The notes beneath the pieces were generated by a model. The model did not search any database. It saw only the letters and a list, made by a program, of their open reading frames with translations, and was not told the DNA's origin. From the human T2T-CHM13v2.0 reference genome, Homo sapiens, in the NCBI RefSeq assembly GCF_009914755.1, contig NC_060935.1: 64,000 nucleotides of DNA; one strand, written 5' to 3'. Made by a program: the position numbers and the translations under genes. Below are positions 47,596 through 64,000 of the stretch, in pieces; within the stretch, counting starts at the first letter, position 1, and each line of letters starts with the position of its first letter.

Positions 47596-47907
47596 GAGTG
47601 CCCGCCGGGTGTCAGGCAGTGAGCGGACTACTAGTCCCGGCTGGGGCCCTTTCCTGACTTGGTTTCCCTTCCTGACCTGCTCTTGCACACTTTCCTTCTG
47701 AGCCTCCATGGGGACCAGCCTGCAAGTCGGCCCAGCCTTTCCAGGACACAGTGGGGCTGAGCGCCGTCAGAACTTCCACTCCTCCTTTACCCTCTGGGCA
47801 CCAGAAGGTTCCTGGACCATGAGCGTCGCCCCCAGAATTCCTTGCTGGCCCCACCCCACTTCCAGGGGAAAGCTGGGGGGAGTCTGCCGGGGACAATTGG
47901 ACCCCTA

Positions 47908-48658
<751 letters not shown>

Positions 48659-49589
48659 TTAAGGTTGAAATGATGGGAATCAACATTCTTTGGATTTAGG
48701 GGAGGCAGTGTAATAGCAAACACCTCCCCTTGGTTTGCACACGTACAAGAATGGGACCCATTGGGGGCACAGCCCTGGACTTCCTCACTCTGGAATGTGT
48801 GGTGCTAAAGTGGGGCTGGGGCCCAGGCCTAGGAGGAGAGGGTGGTCCACAGATACCCCGGGATGTTAGCAGCCCCCAATCTGCCTTCTGGCACCTCCTC
48901 CCGGGTGCTGTAGTGAGTCAGCAGGCATGGGGTGAGAGCCTGTTGCATGCTGGGCACAGGGCCGAGTGTGCCTCCTGCAGCCTTGACAGGGGCCATGCAC
49001 CACCCCACCCCCAAACACACACAAGCACTTCTCCAGGACGGTTCCAGGACAGATGTCCCTTCAGTCCCCTAGTTATGACCCCAAGACCCACTCGGGCCCT
49101 GTAGCCCAGCCCGTCTTGTAACCGCTGCCTCCTCAATGCCACATCTAGAAGATTCTTCTTCCCTTTGAAAGAGAATCATCATCATTGCTTCATCACTTCT
49201 AAGACATTTTGCAGAGCATGGACAAGTTAAACAGAATGTGCTTTCCTCCCTGGGGTCTTGCTGTACCACAGGCTCCTGGGAGAACGTCACAGGGGCCGTG
49301 CACTGGGCAAGCTTCTCTGTAGAACTCCAGGGGCTTCAGTCCAGAGCACAGCATCTCACCCTAAGCCTGGAGAAGTGAGCCCTGAACTTCTGCATTCACA
49401 GACCACCTCCACAATTTTTATCATAACCAAAGGCCTCCTGTTCTGTTATTTCACTTAAATCAACGTGCTATTTTGTTTTCACTCACTTCTGACTTTAGCC
49501 TTGTGCTGAACTGTGTATCCACACAGTCATGTTCACGTGGCAGTTATGGTTGTCTTCTTACACATGAAAATAAATGCATAACTGTTTAA

Positions 49590-49591
<2 letters not shown>

Positions 49592-49634
<43 letters not shown>
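49592..49634. repeat. (CA)n microsatellite at the retrocopy 3' junction
   Basis: Seen directly. Confidence 0.98.
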
Positions 49635-49641
<7 letters not shown>

Positions 49642-49647
49642 GTACAA

Positions 49648-49938
49648 GCCAGGCGCTGTGGCTCACGCCTGTAATCCAAGCACTCTGGGAGGCTGAGGGG
49701 GGCAGATCACCTGAGGTCAGGAGTCTGAGACCAGCCTGGCCAACATAGTGAAACCCTGTCTCTACTAAAATTAGCTGGGCATAGTGGTGGGCACCTGTAA
49801 TCCCAGCTACTCGGGAGGCTGAGGCGAGTTTAATCTCTTAAACCCGGGAGGCGGAGGTTGCAGTGAGCTGAGATTGCACCATTGCTCTCCAGCCTGGGCA
49901 ACAAGAGTGAAACGCCATCTCAAACAAACAAAAAAAAA
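49648..49938 (+). mobile_element. Alu (S-type)
   Basis: Dimer with shortened middle A-tract. Confidence 0.92.
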
Positions 49939-50324
49939 CACCAAACCCTGCCCCCCCACAAAAAAAATACTCAAGTTTGAAGACTTAGTGTGAAAGAAGA
50001 ATATAAAACACCCCAATAAGAATTTTTATATTGATTACATGTTGAAATGTTAAATTTTTGAAATATTGGATTAAATAAAATACATTATGAAAATTAATTT
50101 AATTTTTTTTACTTTTTAAAACATGACTACTAAAGGATTTTAAATTATATATGAGGCTTATGTTATATTTCCGTTGGACACCACTGCTCTAGATTTTTAA
50201 ATAATAGCATTTATCTGATTCTTAACATTTGCTGGAACTACACTTGTTTTTTATAACTGCATACTGTCTCATCAAATGGATATACTAAGTGTGTCTGACT
50301 GATCTGTATTTTTTACTTACTTAA

Positions 50325-50485
50325 TTTTTTTTTTTTTTGAGACTGAATCTCACTCTGTTGCCCAGGCTGGAACACAGTGGCATGGTCCTAGCTCACTGCC
50401 GCCTTGACCTCCTGGATTCAAGTGATCCTCCCACCTTGGCCTCCCAAAGTGCTGAGATTATAGGCATGAGCCACCACACCTGGCC
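50325..50485 (-). mobile_element. Monomeric Alu (FRAM-like or recombined)
   Basis: ~160 bp with both Alu termini but a single arm. Confidence 0.8.
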
Positions 50486-50579
50486 CAATCTGATATTTGT
50501 GAATATTTAAGTTTTTTCATCCTTTCTTTCTTTTGGTAAATAATTTTGTGTTTAACAAGTTTGTGGCTGTATCTTCGTA

Positions 50580-51640
<1,061 letters not shown>

Positions 51641-51644
51641 TATT

Positions 51645-52200
51645 GTTCCATCTCACTAATAATCAGTGACATGCAAATTAAAACAATAAGATATCAGTGT
51701 TCACCTATTCAATAGTAAAGATTTTCAAGATGAATAATATCCAGTGTGGGCAAAGATGGGGGAAGAGGTACTCTTAGATCCTGTTGGTAGAAATGTAATG
51801 GTACCAGCTTTGGGGGTGGTCTTGGCAGCATCTATCAAAACGTAAACTATGTATACTCTTTTTTTCTCTTTTTTAATTTCCCAGCTACTAGAACTGATAC
51901 ATATACACTTTAACCCAGCAATTTCTCTTCTAGTTTATTTATCCTAGAGAAATATTGGCTCATGCGCAAGAGATTGCAATTACAATACTGTTCACTGCAG
52001 CATTGTTTGTAAAACTGAAACACTGCTAATAACATAAATGTCCTTTGATAGAAAGAAGGCTATGTACATATAACTGAAGACTGGGGAAGTAGTTTAATAG
52101 AATGGTGCAAATTTATATACACTTAAATGTAAAGGTCCCCAAGACAGCGTGAAGTGAAAAAGTGGCAGACCAATGTGTGTAGGAAAGTCCTGTTGATATA
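51645..52200 (+). mobile_element. Old L1M fragment
   Basis: ctcactaataatcag...atgcaaattaaaacaataagatatca...acccagcaatttc...gcagcattgtttgtaa. Confidence 0.7.
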
Positions 52201-52284
52201 CATTGTAAAACCTGCATATTATTAAATATTATATATTAAATAAATATATAATTAATATTTTATATATAATAAATATAGATATAA

Positions 52285-52662
<378 letters not shown>

Positions 52663-53104
52663 TAACAATGATTAACCTAGAAAGTGGTTTGGAGTGCTAA
52701 GGATGGGTGAAGGAAGACTTACCTTTACTCCGTGTACTTTGGAATGATTTACATTTTTAAAACAAAAAGTTATCTATGAATTTTTTAAGTTTTTGTTTTT
52801 TGGTGTCCGTGGGATTCTGGAACATAGGAATTACTGGCAGTGAGGTTAGTTAGCCAGGGTGTCTCAGTGATGGGTGATGGGGTGGGAACCATACTAGGAA
52901 GGTTTACCTATTTATATATGTGCTATTCTTCCACTATTACCTGCATTAGATCTGCAACACTGTGCCTGGGTCAGGATCTGGCGGGGAGGGGAGTGGGGCT
53001 GGTCAGGAAAGAATACGAGTTTGGTGTTAAAAGACTCCGATGGAGATCCTGGTACCACCATGAGCTAGCTGAGTCTTTTCTCATTTGTCTGTTTCATGAA
53101 AGTA

Positions 53105-53700
53105 TTGATAGTAAGAGGGTGGCTGAAGGGTGGAAAGAAAGCGAGATAAAGGGCCAATTTCCTGGGAGAGGTGGTGGAGGGACCCCTCCTGCCTCCACTT
53201 CAGACATAGCCCAGGGATTGGTGATGTATTCATGGGTGGGGGGTGGCAGGTGTGAGAATTAAATGAGATGATGTTGTGTTATAAACCATACTTAGGTGGT
53301 TGCTAACATTATCATAACACTGGATCTTGCACCACAAAATCTGAATTATTGCCCTGCATCTTGAAATGACTGCTTCAAGTGCCCATTCCAGGTAGCCAAG
53401 CGTTGCCCAGGACCTGGTCTGCAAGACAGGGCAGCTTCATCCCCACAGCCTGCCCCAGCTGACCGCTAGTGGCACCCTGGGGAGCTGTGTGAAGAAGGAT
53501 GCTCGAGGCCGGTGGGCAAGCGCATCACAATCCCTGGTCGATGTCTGAAGTGGAGGCAGGAGGGGCGCCTGGCCACGCACATGCCTCCTATTTACACAAG
53601 GCAGTGAGAGAGGCAAAGGCTGTCCCTCCACCACCTCTCCCCGGAAATTGGCCCTTTATCTCGCTTTGTTTCCACCCTTCAGCCATCCTCTTACTATCAA
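53105..53700. repeat. Two-segment inverted repeat (53105-53183 vs 53622-53700; 53183-53226 vs 53523-53565)
   Basis: Manual reverse-complement alignment: 76/79 identity in the outer arm; 2 mismatches plus 1 indel in the ~43-bp inner arm. Confidence 0.95.
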
Positions 53701-54591
53701 CGGGTTGTATCTAATCCTTTCTGAGGTGTCAAACTCCCTATTACATCTCCTAGGGATGTTTACATTTATTAAGGGATTTTTAAAAACAGAAAAGCCTTCA
53801 AAATCCCCCCCAGATGACTCTTTAATGGTGGAATTAGAGCACAGTGAAAGGTAGTCATTGAAATATTTTTGGATCGAGAGCTTTATCCTTAATTCTTCAA
53901 TCACACTTCAGAGAGCCCTTCTTTTTCTGCTCCTTTTAAAGTCAAAATGATACTCTGAGGTTTCAAAGGCGCAGTTTGATGACTCCTAGAAGGGCACCCC
54001 TCCCAGCCTAGGTAGCCACACTGCCTGCCTAGGTGACAGTTCAGGGAGGTTGGGAGATGGGTGTGGGAAGCCCAGATGGAGGTTGGCCAGCCCCAGCAAG
54101 AGTTTGGCGTGGGCTCCTTCTTCTGGGGGCAACCGGCTTCTCACTTCATTCCTCTTACAAACTCCATCTCTTCCCTCCAGGCCTTAACAAACAAGAAGGT
54201 GTTTGGGACATTAAAAAGGGCTTGTGCAAATGTTAAATAATGATGACCGCAGCACAGTGATGGCAGCTTTTATGGGGGCCACCTAGGACTCAGGGCCCAG
54301 CCCCTGTGCAGGATCTCAAGCCATTTCCTTTCCCTCTTTCACATACATAAAATAGTTCACCCTCTCAATGATTTCCTAATCTTAAAATTGACTTTCCTAG
54401 AACGGTGTTCTTTCATTCAGTCTGTATTGTTAGAGTTTTAAAATAATGATCATGTATTATTTTTTAAAAAGAGATTTTTCCATTTTGGAGGGGAAAAAGA
54501 ACAGGCTTTCTAATAGCTTTCTCTGTCTTCTTCCTTTACAGCTGAGTTATTTCATATTTTCTTGAGTTTACTGCATGACAGCTACATATAA

Positions 54592-54935
<344 letters not shown>

Positions 54936-55161
54936 GCATTTGGTTTGATTAATCCATTGGCATAGAATACAAACAACTTTACCTGGGTAGTTTGAAAAAC
55001 TTTGGAGCCAGGAGCCATGAATACTTTGAATGACAGAAGTCCACCTAACAGGCCCACGGTGCTGGATAAGAAAAGCATTTTTATGTGTTTGGAAATGAAA
55101 TGATCTCATTCTGTTTGTCCTAAGTTGACTTTCCCTTCCTTTATTATTATTTTTCATTATC

Positions 55162-55590
55162 TGTACTAGTTTTCTACTGCTGCGTGACACATTATCACAA
55201 ATGTTGTGGCTTAAACAACATCTATTTATTATCTTGCTGTTTCCTTAGGGCAGACGTCTGGGCATGGCTTAGGTGGGTCCTCAGTGAGTTTCACAAACCT
55301 GCAATGCAGATATTGGCTAGGGCTATGGTCTCAGGCAGTTGTTGGCAGAATTCATCTTTTTGTAGCTGTAGACTCATGGCAGCATGCTTCTTCAAGACCC
55401 GCGGCATCTTCTCCAATCTCAGGCAAGGGACTTGAATTACATCTGCAAAAATCCTCTCACATTTGTCATATAATGTCGCCCATCAAAGGAGTGACAGTCC
55501 TCATATGCACATGCCCCACACACTCAAGGGAAGGTAATTGATTAGGCAAGGCTCATTGGCGGTCACCTGAAAATGTTGCCTAACACATCA
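55162..55590 (-). mobile_element. MLT1-type ERVL-MaLR solo LTR
   Basis: tgtactagttttctactgctgcgtgaca...gtggcttaaacaac...tttattatc...ctgggcatggcttag. Confidence 0.75.
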
Positions 55591-55616
55591 TGCATGATAC
55601 ACTGAGCCATCATTTA

Positions 55617-58113
<2,497 letters not shown>

Positions 58114-58141
58114 TGAACCATCATTTAAAAATGATAAAATA

Positions 58142-58516
<375 letters not shown>

Positions 58517-58655
58517 TCACCTATAGTCAATTTCTCTTAGCATGTTGATTTGGCCTTCTATACTTTTCCCATATGAACATGTATTTTAAAAATCAGATTG
58601 TGGCATATGTATTATTCTGTTACTGACTTTTTTCACTTTAACAATGTTTTAAGAA

Positions 58656-59034
<379 letters not shown>

Positions 59035-59267
59035 TAATTTATTTAGGAAGTCCACTATTGGGAGAGGGGGTTAAATAAACTTTTTATTTATTAAGTTTTA
59101 GATTTACAGAAAAATATGAATATACTACAGAGAGTTCCTATAGACCTCATACCCAGTTTCCTCTATTATTAACATCCTACATTAGCATGGTACATTTATT
59201 ATAATCAATGAACCTATATTGATACATTGTTATTAACTAAAGCCCATAATTATTCAAATTTCCTAAG

Positions 59268-61485
<2,218 letters not shown>

Positions 61486-61871
61486 TCAAATTTCCTAAGT
61501 TTTAACCTGCTGTCCTTTTTCTGTTCCAAGATCCCTTCCAGGAACATTTTACATTTAGTTTTCATGTCTCCTTATGCCCCCCTTGGCTGGGACAGTTTCT
61601 CAGACTTTCCTTGTTTTTGATAACCTTGACAGTTTTGAGGAGCACTCATTATGTATTTTGTAGAATGTTTCTCATCTTTGTCTGATGTTTTTCTCATGAT
61701 TAGATTGGAGATGTATGTTTTAGGAGGAAGACCTACAGAGGTGAACTGCCATTTTCATTACATCATATCAAAGGGCCCACAGTATCAACATGACTTATCA
61801 CGATTGATGTTAACCTTGATCACCTGGCTAGGGTAGTGTTTGCACATTTCTCCACTGTAAAGTGACTCTTC

Positions 61872-61975
61872 TTTTTTTTTTGAGACCGAGTCTCACTCTT
61901 GTCACCCAGGCTGGAGTGCAGTGGCGCGATCTCGGCTCACTGTAACCTCCGCCTCCAGGGTTCAAGCGATTCTTC
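61872..61975 (-). mobile_element. 5'-truncated Alu (right-arm 3' end)
   Basis: Poly-T plus ~95 bp of Alu; TSD aagtgactcttctt/aagtgactattctt. Confidence 0.88.
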
Positions 61976-62605
61976 TAAGTGACTATTCTTATTTCCTTTC
62001 CACACTGACTGCTTTGGAAGAAAAGTCACTATGTGTGGCCCACACGTAAAGGGTGGGGAATTTTGCTTCCCTTCTTGAGGACAGGGTATCTACAAACATT
62101 ATTTTAACTTCTACAGCATGGGAGATTTGTCTCTTCTCCCCAAATTATTTATCTGTTCAGTCATTAATAACAATACTATCTACTAATACTACTTCATTTG
62201 TTTATTCAAACTGGTTTAGTTTTAGCCACTGGGAGCTCTTCAATTTGGTTCCTGCATTCCTTTGACATACTCCTATTACTGTGAATTGGATGTTTGTTTG
62301 TGCCTTCCTTACCTTCTGGCACTACAAGATGCTACAGGTTTATCTTGTATATTACCTACCCTAGTCCTAGAATCACCAGTCTATTAGTTTTTGACACTTG
62401 AATCATTTCTAGGTTTTTTTTCACTGTTTCTAGACAAGGCTTCAATGAACATCCTTGAGAACATATAAATGGATGTATCTATCTGATGATTTCATTTGAG
62501 CTATAAATGGGCAGAAACTGGAACTTAGACAAGGCTGATGATAGGATTTAGACCAAACCTCCCCCTGTCTAGCAGGTCCATTTGCATTTAAGACTGGGAT
62601 TCGTG

Positions 62606-62957
<352 letters not shown>

Positions 62958-63009
62958 CTATTTGCATCTAAGATGAGACTTTGAAGGTCTGTATATAAAA
63001 ACAGGTTTT

Positions 63010-63705
63010 AGCTGACCATACCAAATACTGGTGAGGATGTAGAGCAAACAAATGCTCATACATTGCTGGCAGGAATGCAAAATGGTAAAGCCACTTTGGA
63101 AAACAGTTTGTCGGTTACTATAAAGTTAAATATATACACTTTCCATATAATTGGCAATTCAAGCCTCAGATATTTATTCAAAGCAAAAAAAAAAAAACAT
63201 GTCCACCAAAACATGAGTACACGAATATTCATAGCAGCTTTATTTATGACAGCCCCAAAACTGGAACCACTCAAGTGTCCATCAACAGGAGAATGGGTGA
63301 ACAAATTTCAGTATATCCAGGCAATAGAGTACTACTCAGCAATGAAAAGGAATGAACTATCAATACGTGCAACAACATAGAAGAATCTCAAAAAATATGC
63401 TAAGTGAAAAACAGCCAGACATGAAAGAGAACATTCAATATGATGTCATTTATCGAAAATTCTAGAACTGGTAAAACTAATCTATTGAGACAGAAAACAT
63501 ATCAATGCCTGGGATGGGGTGAGGTTGGTGGGGGAGACTGAGCACAAAGGGGCTTAAGGGAACTTTTGGGGAAGATGGGAATGTTCTGTATCTTGAAGTA
63601 GTAGTGGTTAAATGGATTTATACATTTGTTAAAACTCTTTGAACTGTACAGTTAAAATGGGTGAATTTTATTGTGTGTAAATTACAGCTCAATAAAGCTG
63701 ATTAA
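63010..63705 (+). mobile_element. Old L1M (L1ME/MD-like) 3' end
   Basis: ctggtgaggatgtagagcaa...cactttggaaaacagttt...gaatctcaaaaa...ctcaataaagctg. Confidence 0.85.
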
Positions 63706-64000
63706 AAGAAAGCAGCAACAACAACAAAACCGAGTCCAGATTGCAAAAGAAGAACCCTCAGGACAGAGGAGTAAGCCGGGAGGAATGCACTCACCCTTGG
63801 CAGGTGTTTTCAAGGAAGTGGGGGTGGGGTTCTTCTGTCTCTCTTCCCCACCCTTCCCCACCCAGAGAGTCTGATTCTGATATGTGCCACTCCCCACTCC
63901 TCAACTCACTGCTAAAGAAGAGACAAGCTCCCTCAGGGTGAATCAGACCCAGGTGCAGGGCTTGAGGCTGGGAGATAAGGCAGATTCCAGACACACCTGG

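Noticed and set aside
46924-47709. 261-aa minus-strand ORF
   Set aside because: Antisense shadow of the GC-rich FBLIM1-derived coding sequence.

Overview
Primate, most likely human, genomic DNA with no intact host protein-coding exon. A large CpG island (~23.6-26.5 kb) is the promoter of a minus-strand gene. I recognise its non-coding first exon (~24.93-25.4 kb) from memory as PHF21A (BHC80); this is unverified, and the coding exons would lie left of the window. Positions 1-24.9 kb are therefore A-skewed, relatively repeat-poor intron 1. Positions 26.5-64 kb are upstream DNA packed with Alu, MIR, L2, L1, hAT-Charlie and MaLR repeats. A processed pseudogene of FBLIM1 (migfilin, ~46.7-49.6 kb, +) sits inside a Charlie1 fossil. 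The most unusual observations are: (i) a near-perfect two-segment inverted duplication at 53.1-53.7 kb that matches no repeat I recognise and looks like a template-switch insertion into a MIR; (ii) the FBLIM1 retrocopy apparently records a splice form lacking the ATG/filamin-binding exon, and keeps a 251-codon ORF and many CpGs; (iii) a signal-peptide-like uORF in the first exon that ends exactly in phase at the putative splice donor. Repeat subfamilies and boundaries were assigned by eye and are approximate.
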